52,043 bases of DNA from Spirochaetota bacterium. GTDB lineage: Bacteria > Spirochaetota > Spirochaetia > Treponematales > Rectinemataceae. A model generated the notes under the pieces. The model was not told where the DNA came from. It was given only the letters and a program-made list of their open reading frames with translations, and did not search any database. Shown in pieces: positions 7,501 through 15,724 of the stretch. Every line of letters begins with the position of its first letter. Within the stretch, counting starts at the first letter, position 1. Made by a program: the position numbers and the translations under genes. The DNA lies in contig VKGY01000014.1 in assembly GCA_008080685.1 (NCBI GenBank), forward strand, positions 1 through 52,043. The letters are read 5' to 3'.

Positions 7501-8666
7501 AGACCAACCTGCGAAGGAGAACCCTCAAATCCAGCGACCCCCTCGCCGGGAAGAATATCCTGGTGCGTATAGACGCCAACATCGACTTAAGGGCGAACGC
7601 CCAGCGGGATCCGGACAAGGCCAGGGTCATCCTCGCCGCCGGAGCCAGGAGAGTGGCCCAGGTAGCGCCCACACTGCGGGAACTCCTGGAAAGAGGGGCC
7701 ACGCCGGTGGTCTGCTCCCACCTGGGAGATCCCGGCGCAACCATGGACGCCCACCTTTCCCGGGAAAAAATCTACGCCGAATATTGCTTCGCCCCCTTCG
7801 CCTGGGAATTGGCCAAGTATGTGGAGGGGCGGCTAGTCTATCACGATACGAGCATCGGCTCCTCGGGCTTGCTCCTTAGGAAACAGGACATCGTGCCCGG
7901 GGCGGTGAACCTAGTGGAAAACCTCCGCTTCGCCACAGGGGAAAAGGACAACGACGAAACCTTCGCTCGATACTTGGCCGACCTCTCGGACGGTTGGTAC
8001 ATGAACGACGCCTTCAACGTATGCCTAAGGCGCCACGCATCCATAGTCGGCGCGCCCCGGTTCCTCGAACACCGCCTCGCCGGACCCCTGGTAGCCAAGG
8101 AACTGGAAGCCCTTGAGCTCCTCCTCGCCAACCCTCCCCGCCCCTTTGTAGCCGTGTTCTGCGGCAGGGAAGTGGAAGCCCAATTCGGCGTCATGGCGGC
8201 CATGCTACCCAGGGTCGACCGCCTGGCCATCCTCCTCGATGCCGAGCGGGACGATCAGCGCCCCGACAGTCGGCACGCCGCCGAGTCAATGATAGCCAAT
8301 TTCATGGACGCCTATCCCGACAAGGTCCGCCTCGCCTCGGAAGGCAAAAGGGATTCCATCGCCGGCCTCGCCGAAGACCTCTCGGGCTCCGGCACCATCC
8401 TCTGGTCAGGGCCGGCTGGCTTGGATGAGAAGTCCCTTTCCTGCCTTGAAACCCAAGCCTCGCCAGCCCCAAAAGACCCCCATGTCGCTGCCCTACACGA
8501 AGCCTTGTGCGGAGCCGCCCTCACCGTGGTGTGTAGCGAGGAGGAAAAACAATATTCGGAGCTGGCAGGTCCTGGAATCCATCTATCCAAGGGGCCAAGG
8601 GCGTTTTTGGAGTACCTGGAAAGGCTTTCCCTTCCCGGGATCACCGCCCTCGACCCGGCGCGCTAG
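4560..8666 (+). CDS. Chimeric 1368-aa phosphotransferase: helical N-domain + PPDK ATP-grasp + phospho-His swivel domain + PGK-like domain
   Basis: PPDK N-domain motifs: GGKGNSILDMAQLGLNVPPAFIL, IVSVRSGAPTSMPGVMATILNVGLT, AVTVQRLVFGNLNARSLSGVLITRNPITGE, DIEFTVEDGTLYLLQARAAR. Swivel domain: AIVTVYPGRTSHAAITAMAMNKPCIVGC, with His880 at nt 7197-7199. PGK-like motifs from about nt 7542: LAGKNILVRIDANIDL, VVCSHLGDPG, VENLRFATGEKDNDETF, YMNDAFNVCLRRHASIVG, TILWSGPAG, LEYLERLSLPGITAL. There is no recognisable SD; TATACT sits at 4548-4553. Confidence 0.85.
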   Translation: MALETKAASAKAIRFNTWEAIQAQLEKIRLCETEEGKIESLIELLVHLRLLGQDPCILDQRNAKGDIETLYAQIEAGTRAMLDAVRNPQDRFIYYAREVIKKLPVRQGAEEMIERIRADAEAFEESRTEEDPLRCFAGDLRKEVHRRLSPRIIMAFLEPYIALAVRGDPEPMVKAGYVALPARFDPAEEASYFIDLAQDLLKRLSYLWDYESGDLASVKKGLADNLDLFERCFLRAEVEGFLELLTPENLKKTHLIFDHLKRLASFKHFLKESYREGRIGLYDLILVDLAIGRLVFLLANDLTNDRFAAVTPRNIRDALAVILELLNISSIKGLSIRDVQRLQSDLEALIRSSTYDFIRTKRCLGAIGRELQSYLQADIIDAMSGTLNRALETYEAPTSKLSQIKTRFFNNFIRRTQIHVLSEFTEKVASAVDRELERQRQERQLHSCLSLAGDEACVEGLDTQNLVAATWKDVDPKAREYFGGKGNSILDMAQLGLNVPPAFILGYPLFSRFADPRLSKDFEALVFSQVEELGRRTGRILGDPERPLIVSVRSGAPTSMPGVMATILNVGLTPEVRKALEKRRDPALIEALYARFLENCRSALALRSEGDQDAEAFFSPEFLTDPKSQLLGCIRLVYESRGSLAVKAYSQTLATDVRAETAVTVQRLVFGNLNARSLSGVLITRNPITGEDELFGEFKRQAQGEEVVMGSANCLPIAAIDPEIAASLERCKAILIAKYRQDLDIEFTVEDGTLYLLQARAARLGAFAHLVADTDLLSRGVLDLEEYRERLDRLEMAHGSAALPRADFGARLWNPPITRGVPINSGVVSGTLVLSLERLKEAENRRESVVFFAHTTKPTDFAIMNGAHAIVTVYPGRTSHAAITAMAMNKPCIVGCADAHIDYERRLIIFGDSEGAIIHEGERVTADGNTGAVYRGVAPISETFLPIAMVSAAVHRATSPEEAVVKVRGLIESKKAIVDRETNLRRRTLKSSDPLAGKNILVRIDANIDLRANAQRDPDKARVILAAGARRVAQVAPTLRELLERGATPVVCSHLGDPGATMDAHLSREKIYAEYCFAPFAWELAKYVEGRLVYHDTSIGSSGLLLRKQDIVPGAVNLVENLRFATGEKDNDETFARYLADLSDGWYMNDAFNVCLRRHASIVGAPRFLEHRLAGPLVAKELEALELLLANPPRPFVAVFCGREVEAQFGVMAAMLPRVDRLAILLDAERDDQRPDSRHAAESMIANFMDAYPDKVRLASEGKRDSIAGLAEDLSGSGTILWSGPAGLDEKSLSCLETQASPAPKDPHVAALHEALCGAALTVVCSEEEKQYSELAGPGIHLSKGPRAFLEYLERLSLPGITALDPAR

Positions 8667-9697
8667 AATGAGATGGTGTAGGCGGCATTCAAGCGAATGA
8701 TCGCAGGAGGGGTCCTGAAAATCAGGTCGCCTCCTATCTGGACCGAGGAACCGCCGCCAAAATCATAGCGCAGGTAGGCGGTCGTGGAGAGCTCGTTCAC
8801 GTACCAGTTGAAGTAGTCGCCCAGATGGTAGGCCAGGGTAGCCCCCGCGAAGAGAGGAATCCCGAGGAATTCGTATTCGCCGTTGAGTTTGATCCCGAAA
8901 AAAAGGCTTCCGTTGCGATAGTTGACGTCCCCGAAGGCCCGCAGGATGAAGGCGGGGAATTTGTAGTAGCCGTCCACCAGGAGGTCGTGCTCTTTGGCGG
9001 CGTCGGCATAGCGGTAGCCCAGGTAGAGCTGGTAGTCAAGCCGATTGATCAATCCCAGGCCCAAGGCCAGCTCCTTGTTCATGAGGGTGGGATCCTTGGC
9101 GTCCTCCAGTTCTTCCATCCTGTAGGAAGCCTTGAGGACCAGGCGGTCGCCCCACAGGTATTCGACCCCAACGTTGATGTCGTCGAAGGTGGCGGAAAAG
9201 GTCGCGGACGCCACATCCACCGGAAGGAAAGCCCCTATGGACAAACCCGGTAGCGGATAGATCCGGGCCAAAAGGCCGGTCTTGCCGTTGGCTATCCTGG
9301 CGGAGAAACCGGTGGCGTCGAAGTTGGCGAATCGGTAGCCGCCGTCGTGCCAGACCTTTCCCATGTCCAGGCGCAGCTTCCCTCCGAAAAGGGCGAAGGC
9401 GGCGCTGTAGTCCCTTAGATTGCCCGGCACCAGCCAGTCGTCCCCGTCCCATTGCGCGGTCATGGTCCAGCCCACGTCCTTCCAATTCCAATTGAAGTTG
9501 AGGAAATTGTACACCCCCTTGTCCCCGCCCATCCAATCAGGGCCTATTCCCGTGGTCATGTCGTGGAAATTGAAATAGAAATTGCCGCGGTTCCACATAG
9601 AAAACTTTGGTTGGGGAGGGAGTTCCTGGGCAAAAATTGGCCCCGAGGCAAGGATTGCGAAGGCTGCGAGGATAAGGATTAAGGCAAGGCGTTTCAT
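8663..9697 (-). CDS. Putative outer-membrane beta-barrel protein (secreted)
   Basis: It has a signal peptide (MKRLALILILAAFAILASGPIFAQ). The sequence is aromatic/Gly-rich with an alternating pattern throughout. It ends in ...AAYTISF, the C-terminal Phe typical of OMPs. No specific family was recognised. Confidence 0.55.
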   Translation of the reverse strand: MKRLALILILAAFAILASGPIFAQELPPQPKFSMWNRGNFYFNFHDMTTGIGPDWMGGDKGVYNFLNFNWNWKDVGWTMTAQWDGDDWLVPGNLRDYSAAFALFGGKLRLDMGKVWHDGGYRFANFDATGFSARIANGKTGLLARIYPLPGLSIGAFLPVDVASATFSATFDDINVGVEYLWGDRLVLKASYRMEELEDAKDPTLMNKELALGLGLINRLDYQLYLGYRYADAAKEHDLLVDGYYKFPAFILRAFGDVNYRNGSLFFGIKLNGEYEFLGIPLFAGATLAYHLGDYFNWYVNELSTTAYLRYDFGGGSSVQIGGDLIFRTPPAIIRLNAAYTISF

Positions 9698-9728
9698 TGC
9701 GACCTCCGGTTCACATTCTTTATCGTCT

Positions 9729-11600
9729 CTATCTCAGTATCATCCGCGGGAGGATCCCGTCAACGAGCGGGCCGCCCAACATCCCGAACTGGGCTTCGTA
9801 GAGCTCGGCGTAATACCCGTTCAGGGCTAGCAATTCAGCGTGGGTGCCCCTCTCCCTGATTCCCTCATCGTCGATGTAGACTATCTCGTCCGCATCCCTG
9901 ATGGTGGAGAGCCTGTGGGCTATGACTAGGCTGGTCCTGCCCCGCATAAGCTCTTCCAAGGATCTCTGGATGGCTAGCTCCGTGGCGGTGTCCAGGGCGC
10001 TCGTCGCCTCGTCCAGGATGAGGATGGGGGGATTCTTGAGGAATATCCTGGCTATGCTGATCCGCTGCTTCTGGCCGCCGGAGAGGAGAACTCCCCTTTC
10101 CCCCACGAAGGTATCGTAGCCCTCGGGAAGGCTTATTATGAAATCATGGATGTTCGCCTGCTTGGCCGCTTGAATGATCTGCTCTTCTGTAGCGCCAAGC
10201 ATCCCGTATCTGATGTTTTCCCTGATGGTGTCGGCGAAAAGGAAGACATCCTGCTGGACTATTCCAATATTTTCCCTCAAGGAGGACAGGGTTATGTCCC
10301 TGATATCCACCCCGTCCAGGGTTATGGACCCCGCCTCAATCTCATAGAACCGGGGAATGAGCATACAGAGGGTTGTCTTGCCGCCCCCGGAAGGCCCTAC
10401 GATGGCAACCTTCTCTCCCGCCCTGATTTCCAGGTCCAGGTGCTCGAGCACAGCCACGGAGGAATTGTAGGAAAAGCTCACGTCCTTGAAGGCCAGGTCT
10501 CCCTTCACCAATCCAAGGTCAGCCGCTTGCGGCCTATCCACGATCTCGGGCTCCACCCGCATCAGCTCGATGAATCGCTCGAAGCCCGCCATGCCCACGG
10601 AGTACTGTTCGAAGAATGACACTAGGCGTTTTATGGGCTGGAGGAAAGCCGCCACATAGAGGGTAAAGGCGATGAGGTCTCCGTAGTCCATGGAGCCGCG
10701 CATGACAAAGTATCCGCCCAGTCCGATTACGATCACATTGAGGATAGAGGTGGCGAACTCCATTCCCCCGTGGAAAACCCCCATCGAGCGGTAGTATGAA
10801 CTCCGGGCTTCCCGATAGAGTCTGTTGCCCTCCAGGAATTTCTCCACCTCGTAGTCTTCGTTGGCGAAGGCCTTGGTAAGGCGGACGCCGGAAATGCTGC
10901 TCTCCAGGTTGGCGTTGATCCCCGCGGTTTTTTTCTTCACCTCCGTTGAGGCATGTGAGAGGGCCTTGCGCCGCCTGACGGTGAATATGATGACAAAGGG
11001 CACGAAAACCGCCAGGACCAGGGCGAGTGGCCACCAGATCAGGGTCATGGCGATAAAGGCTCCGACTAAGGTCACAAAGGAGATGAAGAGGTCTTCCGGG
11101 CCGTGATGGGCCAGCTCGACCACCTCGAAAAGATCGCTCACCACCCGGGACATGAGGTGCCCCGTCCTGGTTTGGTCGTAAAATCTAAAGGATAGTTTTT
11201 GGAGATGGACGAAGAGGTCCTTGCGGATGTCCGCCTCCATCTTGACACCCAGCACATGGCCCCAGTAGGTGACGATGTAATGCAATCCGCCTCGCAGGGC
11301 GAAGCCTGACGCCGAAAGGCCCACCAGGAGGATGAAGGCGCCCCAGGCTTTGTTCGGAATAAGCTCCTGGAGGGAGTAGCGGGAAATGATGGGAAACCCA
11401 AGGTCGATAAGGGAGATGAGGAAGGCGCAGCCCATGTCTAAAAGAAACAGCCTAAGGTGGGGTTTGTAGTATTCGGCGAATATGGAAAGCTTCGAGCGGG
11501 CGGCGAAGGGAACTGGGGCGGACACGGGTGTCAAGGAATCTTCCTCCGGGGGTTTCCCGGGATCATACATCGGACGCAGACATGAGGCAACTGCGCACAA
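9729..11600 (-). CDS. ABC exporter, fused permease-ATPase (MsbA/multidrug type)
   Basis: A six-TM N-terminal half is followed by Walker A GPSGGGKTT, signature LSGGQKQRISIAR and Walker B ILILDEATSALD. The start could instead be the internal ATG at 11570. Confidence 0.85.
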   Translation of the reverse strand: MCAVASCLRPMYDPGKPPEEDSLTPVSAPVPFAARSKLSIFAEYYKPHLRLFLLDMGCAFLISLIDLGFPIISRYSLQELIPNKAWGAFILLVGLSASGFALRGGLHYIVTYWGHVLGVKMEADIRKDLFVHLQKLSFRFYDQTRTGHLMSRVVSDLFEVVELAHHGPEDLFISFVTLVGAFIAMTLIWWPLALVLAVFVPFVIIFTVRRRKALSHASTEVKKKTAGINANLESSISGVRLTKAFANEDYEVEKFLEGNRLYREARSSYYRSMGVFHGGMEFATSILNVIVIGLGGYFVMRGSMDYGDLIAFTLYVAAFLQPIKRLVSFFEQYSVGMAGFERFIELMRVEPEIVDRPQAADLGLVKGDLAFKDVSFSYNSSVAVLEHLDLEIRAGEKVAIVGPSGGGKTTLCMLIPRFYEIEAGSITLDGVDIRDITLSSLRENIGIVQQDVFLFADTIRENIRYGMLGATEEQIIQAAKQANIHDFIISLPEGYDTFVGERGVLLSGGQKQRISIARIFLKNPPILILDEATSALDTATELAIQRSLEELMRGRTSLVIAHRLSTIRDADEIVYIDDEGIRERGTHAELLALNGYYAELYEAQFGMLGGPLVDGILPRMILR

Positions 11601-11666
11601 CCGCTACCGCACAACCGCCCGCCAACAGCCGCCTGCGCCAGACAGGCCCTTCCCGCCCAGCGCCCA

Positions 11667-13350
11667 TTACCTGGTCAGCATGAGCCTGATCCTATCGCTC
11701 CAGGTATCGGCCACATAAACCTTCCCTTGGCTTCCAGTCGCAAGGCCTTTCGGGCTGCTGAAGCTGTTCTCCTGCCCAGGCCCGTCCTGCCAGCCCGAGT
11801 ATCCGGAACCTGCCGTTGTTGTCACCTGCCCCTCGATTGTCGACGTGCGAATCTTATGATTCATTGAATCGGCCACGTAGAGATACCCCGAATCGCTCAC
11901 CGCCAGACCTCTTGGAAATCTGAAGGATGCCGCGGAGCCAAGCCCGTCCGCCGATCCTGGCGTGGAGTTGCCGGCCAGGGTGCTGACTGTAGCGGAGGAA
12001 GTGGCTGTTTCGATTCTTCTTATCCTATGATTCTGCGTATCAGCCACAAAGAGGGCCCCGGGAGCTAACGCCAGGCCGGTGGGAAACTTGAAGGAAGCGG
12101 CCGTTCCTACTCCATCAGTCCAGGCGGCGGTCCCGGATCCCGCGTAGGTGATCACCTGATCTCCCAGCATATAGACCCTGCGTATTTTATTGTTGTTCGA
12201 ATCCGCAATATAAATGTACGTGCCGCTGCTCGCCACCCCGGAGGGATAATTCAAACGGGCAGTGCCATTCAACCCAGAGGTGTTGGTGGTGCCTTCCGCA
12301 TCCCCAGGGGTGCCGTTGCCCACAATTGTCTGCACCTGGCCTATGGGGGTGATTCGACGGATCGCATGGTTGCCCGAGTCGGCTACAATGAGATTGCCGT
12401 TGGGCTCCACGGCTATCGCCGACGGCTCGTTGAAGGCAGCCTCGGTCATCATGCGTGATCATTCGTATTCGATTCGATAGTGTGTCAGCCACGTAGAGAT
12501 TCCCGTTTGTTCCAATGACCATATCGCCAGGGTCATTGAAGCTCGCCGCCGTGCCCAATCCATTCAACGAACCGCCTGCCCCGCTGCCCGCGAAGGTACG
12601 GGTTCCAGGTTCAAGGTTCAATTCCGCCGCAGTCAAGGGATATTCGCATCCCGTGGTCGCTCCTTCGGCTATGTACATCTCTTCCGAACCGCTCCACAGT
12701 GGGCCCAAGCCAAAGCTCCCGTCGGAGAGCCTCACTTCCAAGGAATAGAGCCCCTTGGGCACACGGCGGGAGCCCGAGGCTTCCGCGGAGGAATACGCCT
12801 TTGCAAAACTGACCCTGTATCGTTCCCCGGTTTGGGATATCAGATACGCCGTAGGCTCAGGCGCGCTCACCAAGCCCGCCGGCCAGGTAATCCGAAAGGC
12901 GTAATACCCATCCCCGTCCGGAGCCTCGCATATCAGCCTTGCCTAGGTGGTCTTGGCCTTGGTCAAAACCACTGCCGTGGCGGGAGATGTACCCAGGACC
13001 GTGCCTTCGGCGTTTTTGGCCGAAGCAAGGATTGTCCACTCCCCGGGCTCCAGGCCCGTCCGGGTAAAGAGGGTAGAAGCATAGCCGACAGCCGAGAACT
13101 CAGCCCCTCCGGGACCTGTCCCATTGATATCGTAGGCCGCGAGCGCGAGATCGAAATCGGGGTAAATGAGCCTTGAGCCCAGAGGGGGCTCGAGTTCCAG
13201 AACCAGGGTCGTTTGTTCCATGGCCAAAAGGCTTTCCATCAATCTGTCGTTTTCGCACGAGACAGCCGAAATCCCCAGGGCGGCTATCATCGCCGCAGCG
13301 ATCAGGAAACTCCCAGAGCGGTTCAATGCGCGGTTCACCAAGGCTTTCAT
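11667..13350 (-). pseudogene. NHL-repeat lipoprotein gene interrupted by an in-frame TAG and a frameshift
   Basis: Start ATG 13350 is preceded by GAGGAGG. There is a lipoprotein signal (MKALVNRALNRSGSFLIAAAMIAALGISAVSC). An in-frame TAG at 12945-12943 is followed by 23 more open codons in the same frame, leading into ORF 12187-12873. The frame then switches near 12452-12480 into ORF 11667-12452. NHL repeats (GNLYVADTLSNRIR, GNLIVADSGNHAIRRI, IYIADSNNNKIRRV, LFVADTQNHRIRRI, LYVADSMNHKIRT) span both downstream fragments. Confidence 0.7.
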
Positions 13351-13528
13351 GGCCCCTCCTCGATTAAAGATGGGTTTGTATGACTTTTTGCCCGAACCTA
13401 AGCGAAGGCTGCAACGCTCGGATTTATTATTATTCTCTGCTCCAACTATAAATCGCATCGCGAGATATGTAAATGAAGAAAATTCCTTGGCCAGAGGATC
13501 TTATTCCGGCGAACTGATGGTTGGGCAG

Positions 13529-13657
13529 GTAGCTATGTTTTAAGAACGGTGAGTTCGTAGTATCCTGAGTTCGACGGGACTCGGGAGCCGGTGCCTGGCA
13601 AATTGTGATCCGCAAGGCACCACTTCCACACTGCATTAGTTAGTAACCTTGATGACA
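13529..13657 (+). repeat. Inverted-repeat element, copy A (partner at 20463-20589)
   Basis: GTAGCTATGTTTTAAGAACGGTGAGTTCGTAGTATCCTGAGTTCGACGGGACTCGGGAGCCGGTG...ATCCGCAAGGCAC...GCATTAGTTAGTAACCTTGATGACA matches the reverse complement of 20463-20589 at roughly 87% by hand alignment. Homology continues patchily to 13690 (AGCATCAT, AGTAAGGAGGCGCGTAGGAA). Confidence 0.85.
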
Positions 13658-13905
13658 AGCATCATCTAAAAGTAAGGAGGCGCGTAGGAACACACCACCG
13701 AACATATCGCCTAGTACCGGTGAAACGCTAGGGGCAGTCTATTCTCATAGCTACAATTCCGGAAAAATCCCTGCTGCTGAACAACCTTTACACGAATTCT
13801 ATCGCAGCTGACTGCCATTAGCTCTCTTCCCTTTGAAATTCAACCTGTTTAAACACCACAATAGTCAGACTTTTGGCAAGAGTCTCACATATTTGAATTT
13901 CGCTC

Positions 13906-13934
13906 TTGACTTCCAAAAAACTGGATCTTACAGT
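13906..13934 (+). promoter_or_regulatory. Candidate sigma70-type promoter of the GntR-UROD-Tct operon (TTGACT-N17-TACAGT)
   Basis: TTGACT at 13906-13911, a 17-nt spacer, then TACAGT at 13929-13934. The operator follows immediately downstream. Confidence 0.45.
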
Positions 13935-13935
13935 C

Positions 13936-13962
13936 TTGGTATACTGGTATACCGGTATACCA
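13936..13962. promoter_or_regulatory. Candidate GntR/FadR-type operator: three GGTATAC(C) units including a perfect 18-bp palindrome
   Basis: The sequence is TTGGTATACTGGTATACCGGTATACCA. TGGTATACCGGTATACCA (13945-13962) equals its own reverse complement. It sits between the -10 element and the GTG start of the GntR gene. Confidence 0.6.
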
Positions 13963-13985
13963 CTTTATGGAAATGCGAGGTTTTT

Positions 13986-14741
13986 GTGTTCGATGACGCA
14001 ACCGAGCCTTTGGATCGCCTGAACCTGCCTGTGGAGAGCGCTCTCTCCCGCCAGGTTTTCCGCAAGATCCGACAATGGATACGGGAAGGGCGGCTGAAGG
14101 AGGGGGACCTTTTGCCCTCCGAACGGGAGCTCGCGAAGGTGTTCGAGACATCCCGGGTGCCGGTGAGGGAAGCCCTGAAAGTGCTGGAATTCATGGGAAT
14201 CGCCGAACGCGTCGCCGGCAAAGGTGTGTACTTGCGTCGCATAAGCGTTGGGAACCTAATAAGCAATATTGATTTCCTCCTGATGTCGTCGGCGCAGAAC
14301 CTTATGGATCTTTTTGAAGCCCGGGAATGTCTCGAGATCCAAGCAGCAAGACTTGCGGCAGCCAGGCGGACCGAAATTGACCTCTCGGATATCAAGGAAG
14401 CGCTTGAGGCGATGGAACAAAACCTTACCGCTGCCGCAGTTCCCCTGGGCGTATCCATGGATTTCCACGCCGCGGTCATCGCCGCATCGCACAATATGGT
14501 TTTGGGGGAGCTTAGCCTCTATCTGGCGGATTGGCTGAGGCTGGCCCGCGACCAATTCCTCGAACTCTCAAAGGTCCATGAGAGGGGGATGAGCGACCAT
14601 AGGGCCATATACGAGGCCATCCGCGAATCGGACGGCGAAAGAGCCGCCCAAGCGATGCGGACGCATCTTACCCGAACCAGGACAGTCATTGAGGATGCGT
14701 TGAAGGCACAACTTGATTCTCGGGAAGGCGGGGCCAGATGA
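13986..14741 (+). CDS. GntR-family (FadR/FCD-type) transcriptional regulator
   Basis: The wHTH reads LPSERELAKVFETSRVPVREALKVLEFMGI, followed by a helical C-terminal domain. The track ORF begins at 13833, but those codons cover the promoter and operator. In-frame GTG 13986 is preceded by GAGG with a 5-nt spacer and gives a typical 251-aa protein. Confidence 0.8.
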   Translation: MFDDATEPLDRLNLPVESALSRQVFRKIRQWIREGRLKEGDLLPSERELAKVFETSRVPVREALKVLEFMGIAERVAGKGVYLRRISVGNLISNIDFLLMSSAQNLMDLFEARECLEIQAARLAAARRTEIDLSDIKEALEAMEQNLTAAAVPLGVSMDFHAAVIAASHNMVLGELSLYLADWLRLARDQFLELSKVHERGMSDHRAIYEAIRESDGERAAQAMRTHLTRTRTVIEDALKAQLDSREGGAR

Positions 14742-15721
14742 CCCTGAAGGAAGCCAGGATACGGAGCGCCTTGGCCGGAGAAAAGACCGAGGTCCAGCCA
14801 TTCAGTCTCTGGACCCATTTCCCGGAAATCGACATGGATCCCCAGGCCTTGGCCGAACATACCTACCGGTTCTACAAAGATTTCGATCTGGATTTCATAA
14901 AGAACATGCCCAACGGGATGTTCTCCGTGGAAGATTGGGGCTGCGCCTGCGACTATTCGGCCATCCCAAAAGGGGGCGTGGCGGAAGTGACGCGCTTCGC
15001 CGTCGAAAGCTCGAAGGATTGGAACTTCCTATCCCGGCCTAAGCCTGGCGTGGGAGCCATGGGACGGGAACTGAAATCCTTGAGGATGTTGGCGGAAATG
15101 ACAAAGGGCGAGGTGCCCATCGTCGCAACAATATTCAGCCCTGTTACCACCGCTGAAAAACTCTCCGGGATCCCTCTGGCGGATTCGGCGCTGGAAAACC
15201 CCGAAGGATTCAAGGACGCCCTCGGAGCCATAGCCGATGTGACCGCAGAATTTGCGCTGCAGGCTGTCGAAGCGGGTTGTGCGGGCGTTTATTTCGCGAG
15301 CCAAGTCTCCAGCTACCAAGCCTCAACCAGGGACTTCTATCGGGAATTCGGCGTTCCTTTTGACAGGGACGTCCTTACCGCCCTTCCCGGCGAGTCTTGG
15401 TTCAATGTCATGCATCTTCATGGAGACGACATCATGTTCGATCTTACAAAGGACTATCCGGTGCAGGCGATCAGTTGGCATGTGTGGGAGACAGCGCCAA
15501 GCCTCGATGAGTTCCTTAGGCAAGCGCCGAATCGGTGCATAGTAGGCGGTCTCCGCCGCTTTAGAATTACGGCCGGGGATCGCGAGGCCTTGGATCAGGA
15601 TATTCGGCTGACTCTGGAGGCTACAGGAAGCCGCAAGGTAATCCTGGCTCCCGGATGCGTCATCCGATACCCCTTCGACACTGCTACCCTGCGTTATGTC
15701 AGGGATTCAATCAGGAGGTAG
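14738..15721 (+). CDS. Uroporphyrinogen-decarboxylase (URO-D) family protein, function unknown
   Basis: 327 aa. Its overall pattern resembles the URO-D/MtaA-type fold family (assigned by eye). Its ATG overlaps the GntR stop codon (ATGA at 14738-14741). Confidence 0.5.
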   Translation: MTLKEARIRSALAGEKTEVQPFSLWTHFPEIDMDPQALAEHTYRFYKDFDLDFIKNMPNGMFSVEDWGCACDYSAIPKGGVAEVTRFAVESSKDWNFLSRPKPGVGAMGRELKSLRMLAEMTKGEVPIVATIFSPVTTAEKLSGIPLADSALENPEGFKDALGAIADVTAEFALQAVEAGCAGVYFASQVSSYQASTRDFYREFGVPFDRDVLTALPGESWFNVMHLHGDDIMFDLTKDYPVQAISWHVWETAPSLDEFLRQAPNRCIVGGLRRFRITAGDREALDQDIRLTLEATGSRKVILAPGCVIRYPFDTATLRYVRDSIRR

Positions 15722-15724
15722 GCG

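Noticed and set aside
8663-8666. Convergent genes sharing a palindromic CTAG, so that both stop codons are TAG and overlap by 4 nt with no room for a terminator.
   Set aside because: The overlap is real in the sequence but common in compact genomes. It has no evident functional implication beyond possible transcriptional interference.
12943-12945. In-frame TAG in the NHL lipoprotein gene as possible programmed recoding (pyrrolysine or read-through).
   Set aside because: No pyl genes or recoding signals are visible in the window. The same gene also carries an independent frameshift further downstream, so simple gene decay is more parsimonious.
13833-13985. N-terminal 51 codons of the 302-aa track ORF for the GntR regulator.
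   Set aside because: This stretch contains the TTGACT/TACAGT promoter and the GGTATACC operator array. It is AT-rich and unlike the rest of the protein. An in-frame GTG with a GAGG RBS at 13986 yields a normal-length regulator.
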